DNA of 64,000 nucleotides from Phoronis australis (taxonomy: Eukaryota > Animalia > Phoronida): contig NMRA01000015.1 of NCBI GenBank assembly GCA_002633005.1, forward strand, positions 1,844,200 to 1,908,199. Reading direction: 5' to 3'. Made by a program: the position numbers and the translations under genes. The first letter of the stretch is position 1. Each line of letters starts with the position of its first letter. The notes beneath the pieces are model-generated. The model saw only the letters and a list, made by a program, of their open reading frames with translations, made no database searches and was not told the origin of the DNA. This document shows, piece by piece, positions 43,001 to 54,200 of this stretch.

Positions 43001-45734
43001 TTTACGAGCAAGTATGTTTCTTTCAGGAATATTTTTCAAACATTTCCAGCACTTAGAGCAGTCCATTTTTGCTGAACAAAAACTTCAATTTCTATTTTGT
43101 AGTACAGCATCAATTTCATTGTTTTTATTCATTGTTTAACCCAATGCAGTCAGAGCAGTAAATATTATAGAACACATTATTATTAGCTGAACTGTGCGTG
43201 TTTAATGGACAGGATGTTAAAATTGAGAAACCAAAAAAACCTGAGATGGAAAGTATTAAGCTATACATGGGCATTTTATAACAAATTTAAAATTAAAGTT
43301 GAAAGGTTGGGGAGAACATTTACCTATTAAAAAGTTGATTTCAGTTAATAAATTTACTGTTACATAAGATGAAATGTCCCAGTTGCCAGTTGGATTGGGG
43401 CTTAGAGTCAAAATACGAGGTTAAATGGCACCTCTGACACAACTTAGAACGCTGAAAATCCTGACTGTACAGTTCAGAGGCATGTGTATACACGTAACTG
43501 AACATGGGCATTTAAAAGCGAAAATTTGGACAAAGGGGTTAAGCCAAACATGTACAAGTATAGTACAGAGTTTGGAATTTAAAGACACCTTAAGTCTATT
43601 TCAAAAACACCAGTTCATCAAAAAAAGTCATGAGATCAAAGACACCAGTCAGACATGATTGATGACAGTTAGTATGGAGCATAAAAACCACAACTGCATA
43701 TTACTAAATTTTCGAAAAATACCAGGTATTACCATCAAAAGAAAACCACAAAATGCCAACAACTCACACTGTTTGCTAATGTAACAGCATCTAATGCTTG
43801 ACTGCTGTACTTGTTAACATCCCACTCTATGAAGACATTGGTGAGGAGACGCAGAGTTCTTGCCTTAAAGTTAAATGAAGAATGAATTTGAGTGAACTAT
43901 GAAAAACATGAGGTAAAGGACACTACACAGCTGCACTATTGTGTAGTTACCCCAAGGCTGCATCAGCTGTTTCTGACATTATTTATAATGACACGATTTG
44001 GACTAAAAGTGCGCAGTCAAACATTTTTCAGGTCTTGTGTATTTTTCCAATTCAGGTAACCAAGGGGGCTTTTTAGCGCTCCAAGCTTTTACAAAATTAT
44101 GTGTTTGGTTTAATCGGTGTGTGGTGACAATGGCTGCGTATGCTCGCACGGAGTTAAGAAGAGTATAAGATCTCTGCCTGGCCCGGTAATAATCTTCAGA
44201 GTACCAATAGTATGGTATTCAAAATGATACGTAAAATCTGGTCCATTTATTGTGATTTTTGATTTTGGCATTGGGTTCATTTAACTGGATCAAAATGATG
44301 TCACACAAAACAAACCCATACCTGCTGTCCCAAATTTTTAGAGAGCTCAGCTGCTTCAGAAGCTAATTTTTAACATTATCTGAATTCTGTTTCACAAAGA
44401 CAAAATAAAAACAAGATTGAGTGGGCTTCCCAACACTATGCAACTACCACCAGTCAGGGCAGACAAGGGGTCCAGGGCAATGATTTAGCCAGATAAGTGT
44501 TCATAAGAAAACCCAGTGAAATGACATTAATTGCAATAAAACTATGTAGCACAGACAGCTTAATTAAGACACTGCTGAACAGCTATCAAGCAGCATGTTT
44601 CAGTAGCAGTAAACTGAGTTAGGTTTATTGCTTTTCTGGCTCCAGAAGAGGCATTTCACAAGGAAAATAGTCGGGTAATTAGTATAGCTTAGTGCTGTGT
44701 CTTTGTCACATGTTGACACTACTCTGATGGTTACAAGGCCTGAGCCAATTCCCTCATCCTGAAATTATCTCTGTTTTGAAGAGGTAGAAAAATGCAGTTG
44801 TACTATAGTTTTCAAAAAGTATGGCAGCTAACACACTTCAAAGCCGAGTCGGTTCAATGAAGCACATTTTATCGTGCCTGCACTCAGCTTTTGAAATTTC
44901 TATGTCTGCACTGTGCAATGCACTCTAAAACCGAGTAAAACTTTGTTCAGATCAGAATGACTGGCAAACTAATTTTAGTGTAAGTTATAGCAATTAGTAC
45001 AACAGAAGCTACAACCTTCGGACAACTGCCTTACAGATGCACAGCATTGTGGGAAAATACTGCAAATCAGAGGGGTACGGTTAGAGATGTTGTATTCCGG
45101 AAAATAGCTATTAAGAGTCAAACAAATTTTTAAATCTTGAAGTACTTACCAACACCAGTTCAGTTTTAAAAATTAAGGCAAATCTGTATGGAATGCTCTA
45201 AAATATTCATTTTCTGAGGATTTACAATATTTATAACTTTTTTATACATTTACAACACTCACAGCAGTTGATTTGTTTCTTATAATCATGCACCCAACAA
45301 AATTCTTTTAGAATCTATGAGTGATATTTTGTCTTAGTAGTATGTGTTAGAAGAAACTATAAGTGAAAACTCCACGATTTGAGGTCACAATGTAGCACAC
45401 AAGGGATATTTTATTTCCATAAAAGATTGTTAGGAGCAAATTTTATATGTTACCACGTTCAGCTTCTGGTCATCAGACATTTTGAAAAGATCATGGGGAA
45501 TGACGATAATATTTCAACACCTTAGACAAATATGTAATAATTTTTGTCCAAAACTGATAAGATTTTACCATAACAGTTCAAAAGATGTGTCCATTATTTC
45601 ACCTGTTTGGAAGAGTCTACGACAACTTGACCAATATGATAACTTTCCTGTAGCCAGGCAACACTCTCTTCATACTTCTGTGACTCGTAGGCTTCAACAC
45701 CAAAATTGTAGCACATCATGGACACAGCAAATTG
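28045..45734 (-). CDS. TEX11: Testis-expressed protein 11 / ZIP4-SPO22 meiotic TPR protein; 20 exons (~707 aa), 5' part not located in window
   Basis: Exons (minus): 45734-45603, 43863-43768, 42849-42768, 41371-41290, 40957-40806, 39768-39680, 39118-38981, 38595-38493, 36366-36263 (GC donor), 35502-35366, 35003-34966, 34214-34128, 33865-33795, 33147-33031, 31510-31420, 31081-30929, 30226-30118, 29544-29424, 28809-28739, 28195-28045. Phases are consistent. Peptides CYNFGVE..KYEESVAWLQESY, ARTLRLL, ALQWYNYSL, WFMKIAWNLA, EPKTFETIA, YPQTELLWLMTRAWNCG and AERWCALSMRFLNHL match TEX11. Confidence 0.92.
30378..30492. repeat. 21-bp minisatellite x~5.5
   Basis: Unit atgtactatatgtaaacagtc. It explains ORF 30288-30497 (HDCLHVV repeats). 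Confidence 0.85.
31915..32110. repeat. ~63-66-bp tandem repeat x3
   Basis: Unit atcttggtactctcttcttggcacactacagaccacttacatctgtatggccagtcatacaca. Confidence 0.9.
32165..33043 (-). repeat. 42-bp minisatellite derived from a TEX11 exon/intron junction, interrupted by a MITE
   Basis: Minus-strand unit GCCCAGTACAG|GTAAGTGATGGTGGAGGGGTATACATACTGT. Copies lie at 32165-32383 and 32867-33043, and the last copy overlaps the true donor at 33031/33030. Confidence 0.85.
32385..32866. mobile_element. ~480-bp hAT-like MITE
   Basis: Termini (g)agggcttggaat ... attccaagccttg form an imperfect 13-bp TIR. The element is flanked by direct repeat TAGTATG (32378-32384, 32867-32873). The CpG-rich interior contrasts with the flanks. 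Confidence 0.75.
36947..37863 (-). mobile_element. ~0.92-kb interspersed repeat, inverted copy of 50130-51061
   Basis: Near-identical reverse complement of 50130-51061; ORFs 37562-37798(-) and 50196-50432(+) translate almost identically. Truncated at the N at 37864. Flanked by a ~200-bp direct duplication (36750-36948 vs ~37933-38131). Confidence 0.8.
38638..38688. repeat. 17-bp tandem repeat x3
   Basis: Unit actgtactgtcaacag(t/c). Confidence 0.7.
42925..42960. repeat. (AAT)n microsatellite
   Basis: Run of aat triplets directly visible. Confidence 0.85.
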
Positions 45735-47623
45735 CTGGAATCACATTCAGTTTATACAATGTGAGAAATGATACTCAAGGTTTCCCAGCCACCAGCAACC
45801 ATGGCCAAAGTCCAGACTATTTTAGGCCATACCTAAGCAACATTTCAACCCACTGTAGCCCATGCAGGAAATCAATTCTCAGAACACAAAAAACACAGTT
45901 TACTTTAACTATTTAATGTTCTGGTACATGCTTGACGTCTACATCATACTTTTGGTTTGCGGAACTCCATATATTTATATTAATTTCATTTTTATAGAAA
46001 TCAATGAAAAAGTTCAAAATACATACTAATTTAGAAAGTAAAATATGACGAACTGAGCAAGGGGTATTTGAAAAGGTACCACCCCTTCAAATTTGCCTTT
46101 GTTGATATCATGTTACACATATGGTGAAGTCACACACGTCAGTTTGTGCTGCGTAACGAGTGTCACATATACAACACAATTGAAGGTTAAAACTAATGTT
46201 CATAGACATATTTAATGCAGACGCTACTTGTGACTCTGTTAATGTATAAGTATCAAGACAATGGAACATAATTTTACTGCTTTATCAATAATAGCCCAGG
46301 TTGTCAGATACAGTCAGCTGAGAAGAAACAAACAAAAACTAAATCTACCGGTAATACTTGTATATAATTGTGTTGCTACTAATCAGCACATTTATATCAT
46401 TTATTGTAAACTATTTTGCCCGGGGTATGCCACGAGCTATGTTGCAGAGTAAAACAATTTTTGTTCGCCAAGACATAATGCTTTCCAATGCTTTATGGGC
46501 TTAACTCTTATTATTGTACATTGTATTTTTCATAATAAACATCAAAAATTTTTGTAAGAATTATTAGTCTTCATACATGTCACATGTTCCTTATGTTATA
46601 TGAACTACGAGTCATGTGACCAACATATATGAAGTGTATGAAGATGTATATTAATTAACTTATAAACTAATACTTGTAAAACTTGAGCTGGCTTTCATGA
46701 ATGACCATGCAATCAATGACGAGTAACATTGTTTTCACTCCTTCCCTTAAGCCTAAAAATTCAGTGACAAACATGGGGATAATCAATAAGCAATTACACG
46801 CCAGTGCCTGTCATTATGCTTAAGAGTACTCTTGATTGCACACAGTAATTAAAATGTTTTAAATAAGGCAATCCAGGCCCCAGGACACTAACATCAAAAC
46901 TGTATAGTATAAAGTTAACACCTGACTTGAATTTCTAAAGAAAATATTAGGATACAAAGACAGAAAGTTAAAAAATAGTTTTTATCTTTGAGAAACACAT
47001 AAAAACATTCTCTTCTATTCCAACTAGTTACAAAGTTCACAAAATGAAATGCAAAGTATGAGTTTTGTCAAAACATATAGGAATTTCAATATAACATCAA
47101 TTTTAGTCAAAACTAAAACAAAATTGAAAATATCCATTTTAAGTATAGCTTAAGAAATTCTGGTGGTACACTAACAAAATGAATACTGAAGTGAAGTGAA
47201 AAATTACTTTTTATAAACTTTGATAGCAAAACTGCAGTACGCACAAGATTAACATCTACAAGATGTCCTAGTTTTAGTAAAGCCAAACACAATACAGCTT
47301 CAGTGTTGCCTGTTAACGGTATATATTGTGATCGTGAATGTCTAGCAGAGAGGAAATGCGCTTGTGCCTATTCTAAGTAAGGTTATTTTTGGAGTGTAAC
47401 TAATCATGCAATATAACACGACTGAGACTGCAGTCAGTGGAACTGGCAAACAACCGTCTATCCACTTACTGGCAGCATAATGCTGTAACAAACACCATTT
47501 AGTTCTATTCATGCATCAAACCACTATCTCTGTCTCATACAGTTTCCTTTGCCAGCCGTCTAATATTCGTTTCATTACAAGAACTGATGCATCAGTTGTT
47601 CCCACACATTATATGCATATATA

Positions 47624-48202
47624 TCAGTCCTCAATGTCTGCTTTATTAATATCCATCTTCTTTGTGTTATTATCAGTTGGCACATCGTTAGTTTCCTGTA
47701 AGATGGAGTTAATGACAGATATAGTGTCATAATCACTATCTGAGTCAGTATCCCCCTTGGTGTCAATAACCATTGGTTTCCTAAAAATCAGTTCATTTTT
47801 AAAGCTGTCCATTTTCTCCTGCTCCTCTTCAGCTTTAGGTAACAAGTCAGCCACAAGATCTTCAATTTCTACACTAGGATAGTCTTCTTCTAAACTACCG
47901 CCACGCCGCGGAGTTGAAACCTTTGCACTGGAACTCGGCTCTTTGTTCTCCTTGTCCGCAGTCGAGGTATCTCCTCCCGTTACGTCCACACCAAATTCCT
48001 TGCAGAGAGCATTTAGATCCATTTTCGTTGACATCCGTTTATGAAACACTTTTCCTTTTGGCAAGTTTGCTCTAGTGTCTTTCAAATCAATGTCTGCAGG
48101 TCTCTTATCAAACGTAGTCACATTGAATTCTTCACAAAGTGCATTCAGGTCAAATGTTACGAATCTAGAAGATCGACGCTTGGTCATAGGTTTTTTAGCC
48201 AT
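47624..48202 (-). CDS. Orphan single-coding-exon ORF (~192 aa) with a duplicated DLNALCxEF motif and an acidic C-terminal half
   Basis: Part of the 252-codon open frame 48382-47624. The likely start MAKKPMTKRRSSR at 48202 is preceded 2 nt upstream by an acceptor-like tttgtcag. The composition is protein-like and the internal repeat is peptide-level. No homolog recognised. Confidence 0.55.
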   Translation of the reverse strand: MAKKPMTKRRSSRFVTFDLNALCEEFNVTTFDKRPADIDLKDTRANLPKGKVFHKRMSTKMDLNALCKEFGVDVTGGDTSTADKENKEPSSSAKVSTPRRGGSLEEDYPSVEIEDLVADLLPKAEEEQEKMDSFKNELIFRKPMVIDTKGDTDSDSDYDTISVINSILQETNDVPTDNNTKKMDINKADIED

Positions 48203-49249
48203 CGCTGACAAACAGGCCCATGGCAGACCACCATCTCTTAAGATGAACTTGAAGAGCCAACAGACCTGTACAACTGCTGAGGTGGTTAATGGCAATAAGA
48301 TTGAATAACAATGGCTATTGATTGTACACACTGGGAAGAGTCCAACATTCTGCAAGGTCATTATAGGCAGCATTGTGATCAATGATGATCAATGGGTAAG
48401 ATTATGTATTAGTGAAATGCAACATATATGTAATCCTCTGTATTAGATTATTCAACAAGAGAACTTCATTATCTTGGCAAGCTTGATATACATGACCATC
48501 CTTCATTAGCAGGCAAGTGAAGAAGAGAACCCATAGCGGCGAGTTCACGTTCACAGCAGTTGCTGGTGAAAGGATTACGAAGACTAATTGAATGATCGCA
48601 TGACAAAATTTCTCAATTTACTACTATATAAAAATCACAGATTTCGTCAATCAATTTCTATAATAGCGACATCAACAACACAAATGCCAAACTAATGGTA
48701 AAATTAAATGGACAGTAAGTGATTGTCACATCTCTTATTTTAACAAAGTCTAGTTTTTGCAACGTATCAAATTAATATTCATTCCAAAGTAGTAACTATT
48801 TTTTACCATAATTCTTTTTACTCGTTCCTTAGCACTAATTGTCAAGCTGAATACTTTATTGTCTGAGAGTTCAGTACTCAAATAAACATATCAGTTTAGT
48901 TTACGGAAAAATCTCAGCAAATTCGGACAAAAATAATTGTCCAAAATGCTTTTTAAGGGCTTCTAAGCTTGTAGTGAATGCCCATAAATTTTCAAAACTT
49001 TATTTGATGGTGTTTGTGGTATAAAACCTGAACATCATGCTATGAACATTCCCACTAAATAAAATTGGTTCTAACCCCAGTGGTTAAGGTAAACGGCGGG
49101 GTATGGAAAATTGAACTAGACCGTATTTATCCACCTTGGCTGAGTCGCACTCGGCTCACGATCAAAGGGATGCCGCCAGGCTGCTCTAGTCATCGAGTCA
49201 CGAGCGAGGATAATTGGCTTTGCTCATGCGGATATGATCAGCTGATTAC

Positions 49250-49417
49250 TAGCAGACTGTACTTTTTATGGTGAGAGTTTTACGTAGTTTTTACTGTAAT
49301 ATTTGAAAAGAGGAGCGAAAACAAACTGATTACAATCTAGCTAGCAGACTGTACTTTTTATGGTGAGAGTTTTACGTAGTTTTTACTGTAATATTTGAAA
49401 ATGGGAGCGAAAACAAA
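49250..49417. repeat. ~90-bp-period tandem duplication
   Basis: ctagcagactgtactttttatggtgagagttttacgtagtttttactgtaatatttgaaaa...gagcgaaaacaaa at 49250 and again at 49341. Confidence 0.8.
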
Positions 49418-49873
49418 TATGAGTACAACTTTGAATTTTTCAAATCGGCCCGGGATAAGAGATTTTGCAACACAGCAACACTCACGATTACTTTCATTCG
49501 GCGCGCACTAATACAAAAATATAGGACCCAAGTTATTTCGATTTTGGAACACATGCATTGCAATATTCAAAATACTTTTATTATGAATCTTACAACCTGT
49601 AAAACGACGTTGTTAATTTCATTGTGTTCATTCATTGTCAGCCGTCAAATCGGCAATTTCCGAGATGTGATCTGCGGCGTGCGCGTATGTGTACAAAACA
49701 CGTGATTGTTATGTTCCTGAAGTACGAAAATTAAGAAGGCTTTAACATGCCTTTATTATTGACAGGGACACGATAAAACGAATTTGGATTTTGACTATAG
49801 TCTTGATACAGCGATCTGACTGACCACTGCGTCAGTGTCTCCGTTAGACCCAGAAATTTCACACAGCCCGGGT

Positions 49874-50239
49874 AGTTCATTTCGTCCCCAACATGTACAT
49901 GTAGATCGAGCCTTGGACTATTAATACTCCACGTACGGCAGAGCTAACGACAGTCGGCCTGTGCACACAAAATCTGTGAGTTAACCAGCACTCACCCTCT
50001 ACGTTACAGCCGTTTAAGTGAAAAACAATCTAGTAAACGCCATTTTCTTGCATAATCCTCCAGTTCATTTCGTCCCCAACATGTAGATCGAGCCTTGGAC
50101 TATTAATACTCCACGGCAGAGCTAACGACAGTCGGCCTATGCACAAAAAATCTGTGAGTTAACCAGCACTCACCTTGCACGTTACAGCCATTTAAGTGAA
50201 AAAAAATCTAGTAAACGCCATTTTCTTGCATAATCCTCC
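49874..50239. repeat. ~185-bp tandem duplication
   Basis: agttcatttcgtccccaacatg...cattttcttgcataatcctcc at 49874-50061 and 50062-50239. Confidence 0.85.
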
Positions 50240-51061
50240 GCCTTTTGTAACAAAAAAGTCTATCGTCGATGACCCGCACACGCACGCTCACTCACTCTCA
50301 TACACAGACGACCTTCAAAACAAACGTCACGTGACAACAACATGTGTGTTCATCCAGAGATTTTTCACTTGTTGTGGAGTACGATGTAGCGCACATTTGG
50401 ACTTAATCGCAATTAATCTGGACTCCACATGAACTTTAAAAATTGTAAAACATCAGGAAGATTTCAGGTAATTTGTTGAGTCGAAACTATATTTTTATTC
50501 AAGAGTACAGTCAAGTTTTCCTATTGACGATGGCGATTCAGAGGCGACGCATCAGTCGGCAAGTTTACGCCCTGTGATGAGCACAATTTTTTGAAAAATT
50601 ATCGTAATTTAACAACGGAAGTTCATAGCAATGCACCACAATTTTGTAGAAAGACTGTCATAGGCTAAAAATTCGTCACAAAGCGTAAATTTTATGAATC
50701 CTAGCTTCCGATTTTACCCGTTTGGGAAACCGGCTTTCAACTGCCGTAGTCTACAATAAGAATCCCCTCCCCGTGAAATGATTTTTTCTAAGCGTTTATT
50801 AGAGCCAATACAGTATACAGCTTTCCACCAAGGCTAGGTGATACTACGACGTTATTCTTTGTTGCATTAGTAACTGGTCTTGGCTAATATTATCATTTTA
50901 TGGCCTGGTCATCCATTCAGCCAAAAGTAGTTCCAGAGGTGGCTTATCAGCCAATTATTCACGCATGCTGACTCACAAATAGAAGCCTGATAAGAGTGAA
51001 GGTGGATAAATGCGGTGTTCCTACAGTTTCTTGTTTTAGTAGATGTGTTCACGACATGCAA
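50130..51061 (+). repeat. Interspersed repeat, inverted copy at 36947-37863; abuts the transposase promoter
   Basis: Direct sequence comparison. Homology ends at ...cacgacatgcaa, ~80 bp before the 25-bp motif at 51141. Confidence 0.8.
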
Positions 51062-51253
51062 TTATCATGTTATTGTGTCTGTAGTTACGTTAAAAAGCGA
51101 AAATTAAAAAAAAATCCGCGAAAAGTTGACCTTTGACACCGTGACATGGTGTTGGGGAACACAAACTAGATCAATATCCCACAATGCAGTTTACCGCCCA
51201 TAGAAAACAGTGGAAGACGAACAAGGAGCGTTCAATCTTGGCGTGATTTAGAC

Positions 51254-54200
51254 ATGGTACATCGGTGTGTGTGCGCCAACTGTGCTAACACCAGCCAGGT
51301 GGAAGGCGGGACCCTATTTAGGTTTCCCAAAGACAAGCATCTGGCCGCGAAATGGCACGTTTTCGTGTGCACTGCTCGTCATTGGAAAATGACTGTCGAG
51401 TCGGCCATATCTGTCGGAGCCGAAATATGCTCCGACCACTTTGAGGACGGCTTCTTCGACGACAAACATATCATGAAGTTTGAAGCTGGTCTTGTGAAAA
51501 GGTATAAGTTATCTTCATAATTTATGGCTTAGATCCATGACGCTTTCTCAGTGCTTGAACTATAACGATCTTTTTTTGCAATCACCATAGTTCTCGCGGT
51601 CAACAGTTGCTGAGTGTTGCCGGTGGTATTTCTTTGGAATGTTGCCCAGTAGGACCAGTAGGCTATTTGTTGATTCAACTGTTCTTGGTGTTGTGTGTGT
51701 AGCAGCGCTAGTTGAGCATCATGTTGACCCCATGCAATTTCATTTGCTGATGGTTCTCAAAGTCAAGTCACGCGAAGTCAGTAAGGATCATTTAGGGTAT
51801 CATATTTTTGAGAATCATTGTCTTCAGCCAAATTAGAGTGGAGATATACATCTGGTACTATGGGGAGAGCAGCACTTGGGTGGACAATACCATCAGCCCC
51901 CTATGGTGCACACCGCCCATGCCGATGGGCGGCCCAGCTCTGAAGTAACTACATACATGTACTATAGCCCTGTTGTAGATGTGCTTCCAGTGAATCATAT
52001 GAGCCTCTGTTAGCTACTCGCTAATGGGAAATTGCCTATTAGCTGAATGGTTAGCACGCTTGCCGGTTTTATGGGGGTCGTGGATTCGATTCCTGAGTCT
52101 GGTAATCTCGGCTATTACTACAGCCCCCCCCCAGCCCCCTACGAGGCTATGGTGCGCTTCAGAGACCACTGTATTTNTTAGCACGCTTGCCGGTTTTATG
52201 GGGGTCGTGGGTTCGATTCCTGAGTCGGGTAATCTTGGCTATTACTACAGCCCCCCCCCACAGCCCCCTACGAGGCTATGGTGTGCCTCTGAATATCAGA
52301 GACCACTGTATTTGAGCATCAGGAGGTTCTTTGTGGGGTTTTGTCAACCAAGTAATAGATGGTGGTGTGCTGACAAAAGTTTGAACTGTTCTAACCATAC
52401 ATCAAGGTAACTAAACTACACGGTCAAAGGACTCATAAACACGGGCACGGACACATGAACACGACTCATGGACCTGCAAACACCGTCCGCTGACTCACAA
52501 ACATGGGAATGGACTCACAAAACATGATCCACGTACCCAAATACGCGGGACACGGACTCATAGTCACGAGGAAACAAGGTTAACGGACAGTGGACGGTGT
52601 TTGCAGATCCATGCGTCTGTGGCCCGTGTTTATGAGTCCACTGACCATGTAGTTTAGGTACCTTGTACATGTACTGTTCATAGCTAAGCATTTATCTGCC
52701 CTTCAGTGGAACTTGACAGTGACCCTCATTGGAATGTGTTTATGACAGTTTTTCATGGTTAATTAGTTTAGGCATTTCTTTGTAAATATTAAGTCTTAAG
52801 TTATCTATTGTTGAATGGAGACAACATTCTTGGGAAATCTATTTTCTTCTTTATTGAATAGACCTTATTTGTTTATGTTTCATTTCCTGGTTTTCTTTAG
52901 ATTTCAATTGACTTGATGGAGCCTCTATTATATTAGATGTTTGTGGACTCTGACAACCTATTGTGTTTTCATACCTGTAGCAGATTAACTCTATAATCCT
53001 ATCCAGCTGCCCCCATTGTTAAGTCTTAACTTGTATTTACAATCATCCCAGTCCAAACTTTTTCTCATTGGTTACTTTTGTATTTGGTACACATTCATAT
53101 TAGTGGAATAGGTTCACTTGCAAGTTTGATGTAATACCTTTATACTACCATGCCAGAAGCTTTTATACATCATATTTAACACTTGTGTTTTTCTCTATAA
53201 ACCACCTTGGGGTTTTTCCTTGCATAATAAAACCTAGAACCCTAAAGTGGATTCAGAGAATCTTTTTCACCACAGTAATACCAGTTAGGGCTAAAATGTA
53301 TCCTGTAATAGATTTATTTTGTCAATGTTGTCATTTCATAATTTTGTCAAAAATGCCTTCGGGGCAAGACTGGATGTCTTGTCTGTTATTCAGTCTTGGA
53401 TAATTATAGCTTAGCTATTGAAACAGTTGTTCATTTCATTGTAATGATATTATTGACATGGTGATGAACAGGATCTCTTCAAAATATCCATTCCTGCACC
53501 TTTTCACATTTTACTAGTTTCGACTGACTTCAGTATGTAATTTACTTAATATCTGGGGTACTTAGACTCAGCCTTTGTGACTGACATTTAACATGGTGAC
53601 CCTTTTTTAAACATTTCAGTTTACAGACTTGTGCCATATACATGTAGAATTTATTTTTGAGTGCAATTAACATTTACAAATTTTATCAGGCGGTTAAAGT
53701 TAAAACCAGGAGCAGTGCCTACACGACAGAAGTCAGCAGATGGCAGTGAAATCCCAACCAAAAAGCCAAGGAGAGACAGTGTTGCTGCCACGAAGCTTGC
53801 ACAATCCAGAGTATGATTAAGTTACTGGTCACTAAACTACACAGTTTTGTGGATGCATTCCATAGTCAGATTATTCTATTCAGTTGCTTGAGCTTTAGTG
53901 GACTAAATAATAATTATGGAAATCCTGTTTGTAATCACGTTTAATTTCAGCTGTAACTGCTGTGAGTATTTTGGGAATTTTCCTGTCCCCTGATTGGTCA
54001 AAAGAAGTCAGATTCAATGAGGCAACGTTCAATATTCGTTAATCATATAATAAAACAAACTTAGTGAACAGAGGAGTAAGTCAACACAAGAAGTTTTAGT
54101 TTTGCCGCGGCATTACTCAAGTGAAGATACTCTTTGTTTTACCTTTTTGAAAATCAGTAATTATAAACATTTTTGTTGTGTCGCATCACACTAAAATGCA

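Noticed and set aside
44322-45480. Extra TEX11 exon candidates (44322-44362; MSDDQKLNV at 45480-45454)
   Set aside because: Not needed: exon 45734-45603 joins 43863 in phase and matches the family, and the candidates have weak splice context.
52034-52110. tRNA gene
   Set aside because: A and B boxes are present but there is no convincing cloverleaf or acceptor stem; treated as SINE-like.
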